This document shows, piece by piece, positions 1-14,577 of a DNA stretch of 64,000 nt. The stretch lies in assembly GCF_024521635.1 (NCBI RefSeq), contig NW_026250426.1, positions 124,001 to 188,000 of the forward strand, read 5' to 3'. The notes below the pieces were generated by a model. That model was given only the letters and a program-made list of their open reading frames with translations, did not search any database and was not told the DNA's origin. Both the position numbers and the translations under genes were made by a program. How positions within the stretch are numbered: position 1 is the first letter of the stretch; the number at the start of each line of letters is the position of its first letter. The DNA is from Tricharina praecox. Its lineage: Eukaryota.

Positions 1-61
1 AACAATTAACTATAGCAACTACATCTTCCTAGCAGTATGTACAGTACTGTAGATGGTAGAT

Positions 62-150
62 GGTAGATGTCGACACACATTGCGTCTGGGTCGGTAAATA
101 AACAATTACTGGTAGATAGATGTCGACACATATTGCGTCCGGGTCGGTAA
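62..150. repeat. Direct repeat, two copies of ~34 bp
   Basis: TAGATGTCGACACACATTGCGTCTGGGTCGGTAA versus TAGATGTCGACACATATTGCGTCCGGGTCGGTAA (two mismatches). Confidence 0.85.
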
Positions 151-811
151 CTAAACCCAGAGATAGATAGAGAGAGTACGGTACTCGCGGACAAGTCGCT
201 ACCGTACGGGTATTTACTACCAACTACTACTACTACTACAACAACAACTACCAGTACGTACGTACATGCGTACGTGCGTGCGTGGAGATGAATGGATTGA
301 GCAGAGTGGACGTCCGGAGTAGAGTACCTACTCTACTCTACTATCCACAGCTACATACTTGACTCGACTCTAGTCCAGCCCGACCCGGAACATCGGCAGT
401 GGGGTGGCTTGCTTGCGTGCCTGCGCAACAAATCTCGCGTCGTTTCGTTCGCAATGTCTCGCGGCGTCTCACGGTGTCTCGCAAACAGTTGCGCGAGGGG
501 GATGATGATGATGAGGAGAGGTGTTCTGCATGGAGCGCTGGTGGTGGTGATGGTGGTGGTGGCGGTGGTGGTGGAAGCATCCGAGAACGAGACTACATAT
601 GTAGAGTACATACGCCGATTTCCAGATTTCACGATGGCCGGGATGGGTTGGATCATACATATCATCGACTCGAGCGAGGGCCCATCGCATCCTTAACTCT
701 AGTAGAGTGCGTGGGGGGTCGGATATGGGGGGAAAGCTGCTAAGCGGCCTGCCTGCCTGCCTGCCAACATGCTTGTCTTACTTGCATTATTTGAAAACTT
801 TTTTTTTTTTG

Positions 812-838
812 GAAATTTGAAATTTGAAATTTGAAATT
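812..838. repeat. (GAAATTT)4 next to a poly-T tract in an AT-rich island
   Basis: Read directly from the sequence. Confidence 0.85.
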
Positions 839-2883
839 ATTCTCCTTAAGCTTTCTATTCTTGTCGTTGTTGGTCCGCAATTGTTTCCGTTATTTCCTTC
901 CGATTTCTCGATTTCTCGATTGGCTGGATAAATGAGACTTATTTACTCGACCGTCTCTGGAGTCTAGATATCGTTGATGGCCGACTGGGCTGGGCTGGGG
1001 AGCAACGTACGCTACTAACTAATAGCCCTGGCGATAGCCTCGGCGTGGGGCCAATCGGTCCGCAGAAACTAGAGACCAGTTGTAGAGACCAGTTGCAGTC
1101 TTGACTGTTGCAGAGGAGGCAGCCAGCGATCAAAGCACTGCGACTCGCGAGTCTGCGAATTCCAGAACATCTCAGCGAGCATGTAAAAATAGGTGGATGG
1201 GTGTGGAGCATGGGCCATGTTGGGTGGTGGTTCGGTAAGTACCGTATGTAGACTCTACTCCAGTCAAGTCTTGACCAACTGTCCAGTCCCGACTTCTGAA
1301 GACATGGAGGGCATGGAGGTCATGGAGGGCTGGCTGGCTGGCTGCAGTACATACTCTACTCTAGAGTTTGTGTAGTACTCGAGTATAGGGGCAAGTGCTG
1401 CCTCACCAGGTTTTCCCCCATACAACTTAGCGTTTTTCCGCCATGCAACTTAGTCACAGCCACTCACTCATTTCATTGTATCTGGCTTAGTGCACCCCTA
1501 ATATAGACTAGTACTTGTAATTCGTAATGGTGGTGAGGCACTACTTATTGGCAGCTCCTGGTACATACAAGTGCAATCCCGAAGATCTACGTTACCGCAA
1601 CGGCGGAGGCGGCGCGCCGCCGCCGCCGTGTCGAATGAAAGTCTCGCGATACCGGTAGATAAGTTTGAACCACCTACCACCGCCCACCACCACCCCATAA
1701 CGACAACGACAACGACAACGACATTGAAAGTCCGTCGAACCCGGAGTCGAATCGACATCGACATCCGCCTTGATCGCGCGGTGGCAATTGGATTGGATTG
1801 GAGTGGATTGGATTGGATTGCCGCTCCCGATCCTCACAGGCTCCCGAGTACCAAACCCCACATGGCGTGGATACTAGGTGTTCTAGAGTACATACGGAGA
1901 TAGTTACTTACGAGTAACTCCTCCTGGCCTTCGTCCATGCACAGCGAAGTTGGGTTGTGACTATGGTTGGGGTTGGTCGTTGGTCGGTGGTTGCTGGATC
2001 GTTGGTCGCTGGTCGTTGTCGCAGGTGCAGCGACATCAGCATCAGCATCAGCATGTCGTCGAAGCCCTTTCCGATCACTCCATGTACTGAGTGGAGTGTA
2101 TTCTAGGATAGAGAGCGTATAATGTGGAGTGTACACTGTATGTACATACAGTGAACAGTGCAGAGTACATCGTGGCAACATGTCTCGAGTCTCGACGCCA
2201 GTTCCTATTCGCGATTGGACAAGATATATTCCTGGATGCTGTATGTATGCATCGTGTTATCGTATGCTGTATGTATGCTCACGATACACGGCATGTACCT
2301 ATACCATGCCATACCATACGTACTGTACGATGCCATACGGTGATGGCTCTGGTTCGTCGAGTTGGCCCTCCCTCCAGCTCTTGGAACGGACATGCATATC
2401 AGGGGTCGAGGGGGCATTTGTTGCAACTTGTCATCGTCGGGGCCAAAGAGGAAGGCAGTCCTTCTAAGTTCTGCCCACGAGAAGGAAAAAAACCCAAAAA
2501 CCCAAAAAGAAAAGAAAGAAAGAAAAAGTCCCGTACACCTCAACCCTGCTCACCACATGCACGCCAGTCTAACCTACCCTTAGGTGCACTCAATTACCAG
2601 CAGTAGTATGTACTGTACTCTACGTACTGGTACTCCAGAGTATGTATGTAGAGTCTTCGTATTGTCCATGGCTGGAGCCCATGGGCCATCACCATCAGAC
2701 ATTTGAACCACCCACGATCCAATTGGGCCGACTGTCGTTGATCACTGAAGTTCTCTGTCGGCGGCGAAGAAGCTTGGACACTCTCTCCAGTCTCAAGTCT
2801 CGAGTCTCGGTCTGTCTCGCTACGTAGAGTAGAGTACTCAGTAGAATAGGCAGGGAGCGCTAATACCAATAATGGGCCCGCGG

Positions 2884-3020
2884 ACTCCAGTCCAAGACTC
2901 CAAGACTTGGGAATCCAGAACCAGCACACTCCAGGACGACAAGACTCGGAACTCCAGCACCAAGACAACAGCACCAGGACAACAGCACTCCAGTCCAGGA
3001 CTCCAGATCGGACTCAACAC
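2884..3020. repeat. Degenerate tandem array of ACTCCAG/CAAGAC units
   Basis: Repeated actccag, caagac and cagcac words over about 140 bp. Confidence 0.7.
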
Positions 3021-6000
3021 TCAGGAGTAACCCCCCGCCAACCATTATGCCGGATCAGATCATCAGGAACAAACACTTTTTTTCCTTGTTCTTGTTCTTG
3101 TTCTTCTTCTCTTCTTCTTTCGTTCTTTCTGGGGGTGGTTGGGTAGAGTACTAGAAGCTGCCAATAAGTGGTGCCTCACCACCATTACGAATTATAAGTA
3201 CTAGTCTATATTAGGAGTGCACTAAGCCAGATACAATCAAATGAGTGAGTTGTTGTGACTACGTTGCATGGCGGAAAAACGCCAAGTTGTATGGGGGAAA
3301 ACCTGGTGAGGCAGCACTTATCCTTACACCCGAGTACTTGGCTCTACAAACGCGAGGACAAAGCCTTTTTTTCTTTTCTTTTTTTCCTTTCGCTTCACCC
3401 CACTGCGATCTCTCCTTGTCGGGGTGTCGGTCGGCGGGGAGTGTCGGGGAGTGTGCTTCTTCCCCCGTCGTCCACGCCATCCACGCCATCCATCCATCCC
3501 CCACCGCCCCCCCGGACCCCTTGATGTTCTGTTCCTGTCAGAGGAAGTGGAGGGAGGGAGAGCATCATGTATGTATGATAGTCTTGGATCTGGCACCACG
3601 TCCGTGGTCGTGCGACACTCTGCGGAGTCGAGTGCCCAAGTATCTAACAAAGTATGTACCTAGAGTACTTACTTGGCGAGCACTCTGGTGGGATATGTAG
3701 TAGTAGAGTGGCGATGCACGTAGCCGACAACGTGAAGTCCCACAGCAGCGCGCTCGCCGATCCCCTTGATCCCCTGACCTCGACCTTAACTTCACCTCGC
3801 ATCAGCAGCAGGCAGCCTCATGCCCGGCCCTTGATACAGATATAGTAGACTATGTATAATATGTATGCTGCGGCGGCGCACCTGGACAGTGGACATGTCC
3901 ACGCGTTCGTATGTAGCCTAGATATGTGCATCCGCATCCGCATTTGCATCCACTGCGGACTGCGGAATGCGCTCAGGAACCAACCAGACATGTGGGAAAG
4001 AAGCAAAGAATCGGTCCTGCAATGGCGGCGTCGGTTTCGTGGGGATGCTCGTTCGAGTCCGAATCTCCCCTTCCACTCACTGCCTCTGCTTTTTTTCAAG
4101 AGCCAAGCCGTGATGGCCGCATCCAGAGAAGCAGAGGAAGAAAAAGAAGAAGAAGGGGAAGAAGAAGGGGGAGAGAAGGTTAAAAAGAAGGAGCAGAGGG
4201 AGAAGAAGCACTAGAAACAAAAGAAGAAACAAAAGAAGGGGAAGGTGCAGAACGAGAACAAGAACGAGAACGAGAAACAAAAAACAAGAAACAAGAAGGC
4301 AGAGTCGAGCAGCGGGCAAAGTGCCGACGGGCAGAAATCGACAAAGACCAGGGCAGCGACAAGGACCAGGACAAGACGCCCGTGCTGACTTTCCCTACTA
4401 GACAGAGCCCCTAGTTAGCACTGCTTACTAGTGCTCCAAGAAAGAAAGAAGGAAAAAAAAAGATTCCCAATCCCCGGTTCCCATTGGCTGCAATTGGCAG
4501 GTGCGCACGACCGAGACAGGACGTCCTTGCAACCTCAGTCCGCACCACTTGCGGACTGGCGTGCACGGACGCTAGGAGGACATGTCGTCGTTGGTGTTGA
4601 TTGCATGTGTTGGAAATCAACGAGGAAGAAAGAAAACCCTTTCGTTGTTATTGTTGTTGTTTTGATTCTGTGGCATTCTCTGCGCTCTTGATTGCCACGG
4701 CGAGACACGGACAGCAATCGGTGAATCAGGAGGCAGGGAGAGAGGGGCGAGGAGGAGGGCGGAGGACGACATTTAATCGAGGCATCAGGAGAAGAAGACC
4801 AAGAGGGAGTAAGGAGGAGAGGACGAGGGGGGTGGGGGGGGGGAGCCTGCAGAGCTGTCAGTGAGGGAGCGCGTGTGTGGGGAAAGGAAGTGGGGCGTCA
4901 ATTCGTTTATGCTTCCGGAAATACCGAATTAACTGGGGAATTATGTTTCCACAGCCAAGATGGTCCGAAACGACAACAACAATAACAACGAACGAACGAG
5001 CGAATGAGTGAACCAGCGAACCAGCGAGCGAGCGAGCGACGTGACCAGGAGTTGCAACTCGAGGACCGGGTGTAGGACAGACGAACGACACGAGACAAGA
5101 CACAAGGCCCCCCAATTGGCCTCGCAGTCGCTCACTCATTCACTGCCTTTCCCTCTGGACTGTCCTGTTCTGGGTCAATAAAGATAAAACTCGCCTGGTG
5201 ACAGCCAGTCACGGCGCAACTTCAGCAGCTGCGTGCGGTACGTGCGACTATATACAGCTGTGTATGAGGTATGTAACTGTACTCGCTCCACTGGATCTCC
5301 AGCAGCGTCAGTTTCGGACAGGCTGGCGGCGGGCAGCTGGGTGGGGGGGGGGGGGGGCGGAGGCGGAGGAGGAGGAGGAAGATGGAGGGAAGGAGCGAGG
5401 GGAGGGGGGGTGATGACGCTGCAGTAGACGCTCCGAAATCAAGCTGATCTTCTTCCAGTGACTCGTCTCCCAGTGGGGGGTGGGGGAAGGACAAAAGAGC
5501 CGTGAGGTCCTGAACGAGAAGAAGGGAGAAGGGGTATCGGACCCTCCAACCAGAGTGTTATTATTCTTACATACCCACCACCGGCATACATCATACATCC
5601 ATCCTCTCACCTTCTCACCCTCTCTCACCCTCTCACCCCTTCCACCTGCTCGTTACTACTCGCTACTGGAATTGCCCTGGCTCTCCTGCGTCTGGGATAC
5701 CGACTAGAGAGGCTTGGTTTTTCTCCCCAAGAAAGACTCTTGTTCTATCGACATCCATGACTTGGCCCGGCTTCAACCTCCAACTTGATCTCTGCTGGTG
5801 CTGCTTCTGCTGCTTCTGCTGCTGCTCCTGTTGCTCTTGCTGCTCCTGCTGCTGCTAGCTCCTGGCCCCCAGCAAATCCGCTCGTTTTTTTTCTTCCTCA
5901 CGCAGAAAACCCACTCCCTCGTTTGACCCGAGCAAGGTCCGCCTGTCCGTCTGCTTCACTAGAGTAGTAGCTCGGGCACTATATCTTGACGGCATCTCAT

Positions 6001-6096
6001 CTCACCGAATCCCGTCTGGATCGCTGGATATCGAGATAGACATATAATTCCGAGCTCTCCATCCCCGCCAGCACTCTCCATATCGAACCCCCTCCC

Positions 6097-8207
6097 ATGC
6101 AGGCGAGATTCGGCTTGCAGAGCTTGCAGAGGCAAGCAAACCGGAGCACCGACGAGAGCATCTCGAACACGGCCAACAATCACAACAACAACGCCAATCG
6201 GGGCGGTGGTGGTAGTGTGGTCGATTTCAGAACGACTACTCCCGGCCGGGCTGCTCGCACCAACACCAGCGCCAGCACTACCCATGCATCTGGGGCACAA
6301 ACCCAGGAACAACGCAAGCATCAGGTCCCTGCCCAAAACACACCAAGCAATTCCGGTCGTGAACCGAATAGCATCTCTTATCAGATAGCTTCATCTTCTT
6401 CTTCTTCTTCCTCCTCCCCATTCTCGACTCCGACGACGACCACGGGCTCTCCACACGAATTGATACATCCTCTCTCGCTAGCATCGAGACGTGTAGTGGA
6501 CGAAAACTGTCCCAACGCTGTGCCTAGTGTATCACTACCACCACTTGCACCTTACCCACAACAACACCAACAACAACAACAAACTCAACAAACCCATCAT
6601 CACCACCACAACCACGACCTCCACCACCACCATCGTCATCACGAACACCAACAACAACAACTACAGTTGGGGCAATTGCAATCTAGGTTCTCGACAGAAT
6701 ATTGGCCGCGAGACGACCGTACCACTGCAAGAGTAGTCGACGATCATCAGGTGCTTGACGATTTCGGTTCCCGTTCATCGACTGTCAGTCCTCCCGCAGC
6801 AAACTTCATATCCCAGTATCCACCGCCACCACATACTCCACCCGTACCTCCAAGTGCTTCCGGTACCTCGCTTCCTAAACCTGGAACGTCAACCTGGCGC
6901 CGTCGTCTAACCAAAACTCGCTCCCTGATGACGATGACGGGTCCGGTCAAACGCTCCCTTTCCACCCCAAACGTGCAGCAAGCCGCCGCTGCCGCTGCCG
7001 CCGCTGCAGCTGCCGCTATGGCCGACTCCCCTTACTCGACGGATAAGCGACGCAACAAGCTTGGATATCATAGAACTTCTGTTGCTTGTGGTATGTGTAG
7101 AGTGTTTTTTACTTTTATTTTTTAGTTGCAGTTTGCAGCTGCCGCATCCGAGTCCCATCCCCCTAGCAATGATCTTCACATCCGCTAATGTTGTCGAGCT
7201 TGTTAGGCCACTGCAGACGTCGAAAGATCCGGTGTTTGATCGCGGATGATGACAAGCAAGGACGCTGTGCCAACTGCATTCGCTTGAAGAAGGAGTGCTC
7301 CTTCTACCCAGTGGACGCCACCGATCGTCGGCCTCGTTCAATGTCGAAGCCCGATATCAGCCAAGAGGCGGCCTCCGAAACTTCTTCGCCATCACCTGGT
7401 CTCAGTGGCAGAGTACCCCACACCGCCGAACCACCACGCGGCTATCCCGCATCGATGCCCGGCACCCCGACGTACGACTTCACTGGCAGCTTTGACGACA
7501 ACCTCCGTGGCCACAACGGGCAACACCCCATCTCGCGGTCAACGAATGTATCACGCAAGACGAGTCTCGCTCGGATGCACACGATGCCTTTGACATTGAA
7601 GGTGGAACAGGGGTTTCTTAGTCCCCGTGATGGATTCGGCCCTCAATGGGATGTCGCATCGCACAGTGACACCATGACTCCCTCCACCGAGTCGTTCCGC
7701 ACAATCGAAGATCCGTCTGCAGCATACTGGCGATTAGCTTCGCCTGGGGTGCCTGCAAGTCCATACGTGTCTCCTCTGCACAGTCTCGACGCCATGGCTC
7801 AATTCGGCGGCTCGACGGAACTGCAAGACGACAATCCTACCTGGTCCCAGGCACCCTCGAGGATGGGATCTATCGACCAGGGTATGTTACCCGCATATGC
7901 ACTCGGGTCGTACCAGCCAGAAACGGACTTTGTCGGTTTACCGCCCGGACTCGTTTCGACGAATGCATCGACCGCGTCGTTGACGGCATCCATATCGGAG
8001 TACGGAGACAATCGTGGCCCGTTTTATGTGAACCAGTGGGGAGGTGACCTTCTGGCCGAGCCGAATGCGTACGAAAGCGGTCTACCACTCAAAGCGGAAT
8101 CCTACGATTCGCATCCGGCATTCTATATGGACGAAGAGGGTCCGTATCCGCCACTCTCGCAGCCGTCACAGCACGGTACGCCACCGATAGGAATGTCGCA
8201 CGTTTGA
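6097..8207 (+). CDS. Zn(II)2Cys6 (GAL4-type) transcription factor; exons 6097-7090 and 7207-8207; start may instead be the in-frame ATG at 6928
   Basis: Removing intron 7091-7206 (GTATGT...GCTAAT...TTAG) joins the two ORFs into SVACGHCRRRKIRCLIADDDKQGRCANCIRLKKECSFY, a complete C6 cluster preceded by basic KRRNKLGYHR. The N-terminus is low-complexity (poly-Q/H/S/A). Confidence 0.92.
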
Positions 8208-9582
8208 GACACCCAGCTAGGATACAGTGCGTCCCCGGCAACCCATCCATATCGAGAGATCGATCTTGCGGATGGTTATACATGTATAAATACACACATA
8301 AATGCGGTGATGATGTACGGATGGGCAAGAGCATGTTGGCGGCGGCGGTTTTACGCCCACACTACACACATATACACATACACACGACATCCGGTCACGA
8401 TTCAAAACACACCTCTGCTCTTTACGCCCGCTCTGAGTATGGGGTTTTGTGTTGCTTTAATCCACTTGCGTTCGAATTCTCTGGTATGATACGGTTCGGT
8501 ATAAGCATGGCGATTGTATTTGTTTGATTTTCTCCGTTTCATATGTTTCAACTTGTGGGGTCGAGAAGGAGTGAGTGAGTGAGTGACTGCGAGAGGTGGC
8601 AGGAATCGGGCCGCAAAAAAGGGAAGGCGGAAGACTGCTGACTGCACGACAATGGTTACTATTCCTGAAGGGACGGAATCCCGACGCAACAGACACATAT
8701 ACACAGACACACACACACACACACACATATTGTACGATAAGACTATATGGCGTTTTTACAGGCTTTTGATTTGCATTTAACTTGAGCGTTTTTGAATTCC
8801 GGGCGGTTCTGCCGGGTGGGTGGGAGGGAGGAGGGGAGGAGATGCATCTGGATGGGGAAGTATACTAGGACAATCTTTGGGATAGGATGGGGATGGGGAT
8901 GGGGATGGTGGATGCTGGATGGTGCTTGTCGATGGTTAAATACTATGAAGGATTGATTGCATTCGCGTACAGTACATGGACTTCTTCTGGCGAGTGAGGG
9001 ACAGTGGAAAGGGGACGAGACAACATGCATACTTGAGCACCAGGCAGCAATCGGATCCGAACGACAGGAAGGTAGGTAGGCTGAAGAGAAGAGCCGACGT
9101 TGATGACACGTGGAGATATTCTCGATCGGAAGGGGGGCGGGGGACGGTTATTATCTTCAGTTGGTATAACCGCCGATGCCGAGTCCGAGTGAGAGTGAGC
9201 GCGAACCCGACTTGTTCCTTATCTCCCCGATCCGGCACGGGGCCACTCTGGTCACTGGTCACTGGACAGTGGAAGCTTCCGGATGCAGCAGCAGCCATCG
9301 GTATGGTATATAGTGGTAGCGATGCCCGTCCCCTGGAGGTTGAGCCCAATAGGCAGTCCCGTACAGCCCCACGCACACACGCACACACGCACACACGCAC
9401 ACACGCACACACATACAGGCGATAGGGGAGGGGAGTGCTGCGATGAGATGACGGTGGGGAGCGGCGGGTGCCCCGATGAGATAGTTGATAAGGATGTGGG
9501 GTGTGATTGTGTGTACACCCTACGATAGTAGGTATCCGGGAGGCTGCTGCGCTCGTGAGCGAGCGACCACGTGAGTGAGCAC

Positions 9583-9870
9583 AGGTACCGTACAAGTACC
9601 GTACCTTTACTATATGTACCTCTACAGTACCATACCGTACCGTATGTACCTGTTTACTGTACTTGTTCGGTACCTCTACCATAGCTCTATCGTGTGTACC
9701 TCTACCCCTCTACGGTACCGTAACTCCACCGTACCTCTACCGTACTTCTACTCACCCTACCGGAACCTCTACCGAGAGAAGGTACCTCTACCGCACTGTA
9801 CTGTATGCACCTCTAGAGTACCGAGGAAAAAGGTACCAGTCAGAGTTATCTAGAGTTATCTAGAGTATCT
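9583..9870. repeat. Degenerate tandem array built on GTACCTCTACC
   Basis: Several gtacctctac(c) units interspersed with gtacc/ggtacc, ending in two copies of agagttatct. Confidence 0.8.
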
Positions 9871-11910
9871 ACTTCTGCACCTGTGATCTACCTGTGATCT
9901 CCGCAGCTACTTTGCCCTGCGTCCATGACGTCGGTATGTAACTACGCACGCACGCACACATATGTAGATAGAAGATAGGTAGTTCGGTACATAGCAGATA
10001 GGGGAACCATATGTACACACCTACCTCGAGCTGTTCGTTTGCTTCCCGCCCCCGCGCGCGCGAGATCGTCGATCGGCCCGAGAGTAGAGTGCTCTACACA
10101 CAGATACATACCCTCGGACCCCCGTATGATGTACATAGCATCTTATCTCTCCCCCTCCCTCCAGCAAGGCTGAGCGCCCAGGCAGTGGTGATAGGGCCCC
10201 CAGCCCCTGTGGTCCGTAATCGCTCGCTCGATCAATCGATCAATCGAGAGGCTTGTAGCTATCTATCGGTCAATCGGTCATCTCTCGAGGGAGAGGGCGG
10301 TGAGATAGCTACGTAGCCAGGCAGGCAGGTACCGGCAAGTGGGGGAAGTAAGCAGCCCGTATTCTCGACGGGGTTATAAGAGGCGTGTCCCCCCGTCGAC
10401 GGTAGGACTCACGATGGGCCCTGGAGGGGGTGAGCTCGAGCAGTGAGCGCCGGGCTGCAATCGTTTCGTTTCCACCGTGGCTCGTGCAGAGGGCGTTTCG
10501 AGCTGGTCTTCTATTCACGGGGTATCACTGCCTGCCAGTGCCAGTGCCACTGCTGCTACCGCTAATGCTACTGCCCTGCCAGTGCCCGCCCGATGCGCCT
10601 TATGCTAACTTAGCGCTCGAGGTGGCTTTCTCGCTCGCTCGCAACTCAATCCCCATCCCAGGCGCCCCTTCCCAGGCCACCGCCGCCGCCGCCGGCTCAC
10701 CAGATATCACTAACCCTCCATTGCACTCCACCCGCCCCTAACAACAAAACAACAATAAAAAGTCCCCGACCGGCGTTCCCGCCATAGTCTACTACTCTAG
10801 TAGACAGACTGCATGCGAAATTAACCGAATATCTATCTCTCTCTCTTGTCCCCGACCGGCGACGGTCGGTTTCTCACTCCCCCCCGCCTCCCTGAAGACA
10901 ATCGGACTGCCATGCATTGATTGTGGCTTGCTTGCCCGACCTCCCCCCACTCCGCCCACCCACCCGCGCGCGCCCCTCACTTCCTCCGTCCCACCACCAA
11001 GACAAGGCAAGACAGCCAAGACAGCCACGCCAATCCGGCCGCACCCGACCCGATTACACCCGACGTGCAACTACCTACAGTACAGAGCGACGTCACCTTG
11101 ATAAGTTGATAGCCGACTGGACTGGACCGGGCCGGGCTGGGCTTGGTGGTGGTGGTGGTGGTGGTGGTGTATCTACGGTACAGTACAAGCACGGCACTCT
11201 ACTCTTACTAACCAGCTAGGTACCGGTTATGTCACATCTTCATCTTCATCTTCTAGGGCTGTGGCATGGCATGGCATGGCATGGCATGTCTACTATTCTA
11301 GGTACCACTCTACTGTTTCGCGACGGCGACCCCCCACGGCCACACGGCCACACGGAACGGAACATGTTGGTGTCTTTCCCGTTACTTGAGGATGGTGGTG
11401 GGGGTGGTGGCGGACGGGGTTTTGGTGGTGGTGGAGATGAAGCGACGGAGTGGTGAAGCGACGGGGCACTTGGTGTGACAGAGCGACGGGAGGATTTACG
11501 ACTACGGCCAGGGCTGGGCGTGGGGGGCACGCGCGATGCAAGCGGGAAGGGAAGGGAAGGGAAGGGAAGGAAAGTGAAGTGAAGTGTTGGATGAAACCCC
11601 CGCTTCTGGGGGCGTCGCAGGGGGGGCTCAACCAACGACCCCCCTCCATCGACTTCGGGACCGGAGCTGGGGGCTGGTGGAGTTGGAGCTGGGGTTTGGG
11701 TTGGAGCTGGAACGCGCATATGTACGGGCGAGCGAACTCCCTGGACGAAATCCGGCCGCGCCGGATACTACTCGATGAACTGGGGGCTCAGCTCAACAGA
11801 CGGACGTACGTGATCGGCGCTGAAAGCGAGCGACATCCGGGCTTCGCGCTGATCGCGGGCTGGGCTGGGCTGGCTGCTGGGCTGGGGCTACGAAATCGCA
11901 GATTCCGCAA

Positions 11911-11970
11911 CGCTACGCGACGCTACGCAACGCTACGCAACGCTACGCAACGCTACGCAACGCTACGCAA
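11911..11970. repeat. (CGCTACGCAA)6 minisatellite
   Basis: Six 10-bp units with one mismatch. Confidence 0.95.
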
Positions 11971-12913
11971 AAACAAATAGACGGAAAAAGCAAAAAGGAA
12001 AGGGAAAAACAAAGCCATGGAGAGAGAAGAAATGGAAGGAAAGGGAAAGAAAGAAAAGAAAGAAAGAAAGAAAAGGACAGCGAGACGGCGAGACACTGCG
12101 GCTCTCGCTATAGCAGACCCACATACATACCACCAGCCAGTAAGAAAGAAAGAAAGAAAAGATCGAGTCATGTATGTTCTGGTACGTACCGATGAGAATG
12201 CTGACACTCCCCCCTCCCCCAAGTAGTAAGTAAAATGCAATGGGGAATGTCCACCACCACCACCACCACCACCACGCACAGTACGCACGCACAGTGAACA
12301 CGCTCACGCACACGCACACGCAGCCTCCGATCAGCCAGCACAATCCCGATTCCCGCTGTCGTCTCGATCTGTGCGCACTCCACTGCGTTGTGTGTGTCGC
12401 ATCCAGTCAGGTCAGGTCAGGTCGGTCGGCTGGGTGGGGTTGTGTGTGGATCATCAAGAGTGGATCAGCCTTGGATGATAAGCGCGCGCGGGTAATTATC
12501 TGGTCGACGCTCTGGACGTAGCCGCGCATGTTGGTGCGCACTATCAATCGTGAACTACTGCTGGGTTGTAGAGTACGTGCGGACTGTTGCCGTCGATGTG
12601 ATACCTGGGTAGAGCTTTGGGAGGCTCTGGACGCAGTGTACCTTTGTATGTAGGCACTATTGCTATGTACTGCTGGGCTGTATGTGCGCACGCCTTCCAT
12701 GCTGTATGAATTATCGATCAAAGTGCGCACGGCTGCCTGTCCGTCGCGGGAGGGGAGATATTCGGTTCCGACTCCTGCGCAGCCGGGTTTGGACGAGGCC
12801 ACTTCTTCATGGAGGATCACGACGGCATCCATTCGCAGGACCACCTTCTTCTTCTTCCTCCTTTTTCTTCCTATGTCTACAGAGTACCCAGGTCTCACTC
12901 TCAGGCATCAGTC

Positions 12914-12955
12914 AGCCAGTAGCCAGTAGCCAGTAGCCAGTAGCCAGTAGCCAGT
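12914..12955. repeat. (AGCCAGT)6 tandem repeat
   Basis: Six perfect 7-bp units. Confidence 0.95.
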
Positions 12956-14522
12956 AGCTAGCAGCCAGCAGCTTGTCGCGGAAACCACCCTGTTGGTGCA
13001 TAAAATGACCAGAACGGTTCAGATTCCAGAATCCTTTCCCTTCCTTTTCGTACGTAGCTATGACGGACGCAAACGCCTCTCGAGTCTCCCGCCGTAAATG
13101 TTTCCGTGATGTCTCCGTGATGTTTCTCTTCCTATTCCCCGCACGTTTCCCCCGCTCGCGAGCAAACGCAGCGCCGTCACATGCCGAGTCGTCATGGTCA
13201 TGGTCGTCTCCAGAACGTATTGTACCTACTGCCTAGCATAGCAACCTAGCATAGCGCTCGCGCGCTTACCTCTGCTTCCTTCGCAAATATTCAACGTCCC
13301 TTAGGTACCCCCCACTCCCACTCCCCACTTTTGCCCCACCCTCGCCACCCTCAACCTCAACCTCAACCTCAATCCCTCGTGCGACGTCGCACCCAACCCT
13401 CCCCCCGGCCGGGCCCGGCTGAGAACTGAACTGAACTCACCCCCCACCACCTCCCACCCTCGCACCTCCCGCCCTGAGTAACGTGAGTAACGTGATACGG
13501 CCTGTATGTAGTGCGTACCCACGCACCTACGCACCTAGGTACGCACTGGCTAAACGGCAGAAGTCGAATGTATGCCGAATATCGAAAGTCGAAAGTCGAT
13601 ATTGCGTGGGGGCCCCGGTGCCCTCCCTAGGAAGGGGGGGCCCTGGGGAGGGAGGGGGGGGGGGACGCGGATCCGGCAGTGAAGCGAGAGAGCCGCGAGT
13701 GCCTATTGCCCCACCTACCCACCTCCTACCCACCTGCCTCCTACCAACCTCCCACCTGCCGAGGTGTGTGTGGTTGTTTGAAGTTTCCGCCCAGCCCGAG
13801 TGACAACCATGAGCGGGAGACGTTGACCGTACATACCGTCAGCCTCCGGGTTGCGTCTTCGGGTTGCGAGATTCAATCTCAATCTGTAGAGTAGACTGTG
13901 GGGTCTAGGTCTGGAATCTAGAATCTAGAATCTGGATCGTGGGGTTTTCGGTGGGGCGGGGCGAGCGCGGGGCTGCGGGGAGATGGGTAGACGATGGATG
14001 AAATGGTTGGATGGATGCAACCGATGATGCAAATGCACGGCGAATTTTTTTTTGCGGTTTCAGTTTGGGGTTCCAGAAGACCACCAAGAACCCTCGCCTT
14101 CGTGCTGTTGAGATGCTGATACACATTTGTTTACACGCAGCCAGACCGCTGGTGATGATGATGATGTTCATACGGTTGCCCCTCAGATGGAAGACGGATG
14201 TTGGTTGACGCAACCCGCCCCCTCCACCACCGCAACCACCACCAGAATAGGTAGTGTACACCTCGGAACCAGTCCCGGATCTACACTGGGTCTTAGGAGT
14301 CAGGCCTGGCACGGTGCAGTGTGCACCACATCACCATCTGCCCTGCCCTGCCCGGTTTCTTGTTCATCACCACTATGTAGAGTACTCGAGTAGAGTAGAG
14401 TACTGCCTTGGAGCAAGAAACTCGAAACGAAATAATAGTATAATTTTTTTGGAGTTTTGAATTTTGAAATTTTAAAAACCGGTAGAATTAATCCCAAGCC
14501 GGAAACGCATCCTTTATTATTC

Positions 14523-14577
14523 CCGTAACCCGTAGTCCGTAACCCGTAATCCGTAACCGGTAATCCGTAACCCGTCA
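14523..14577. repeat. CCGTAA(C/T) degenerate tandem repeat in an AT-rich island
   Basis: ccgtaacccgtagtccgtaacccgtaatccgtaaccggtaatccgtaacccgt. Confidence 0.85.

Noticed and set aside
8936..9682. 248-aa minus-strand ORF
   Set aside because: Built from CA and GTAC repeats with no protein motif.
13329..13356. CCTCAA repeats resembling telomere repeats
   Set aside because: Only about four units and not CCCTAA; one of many local microsatellites.
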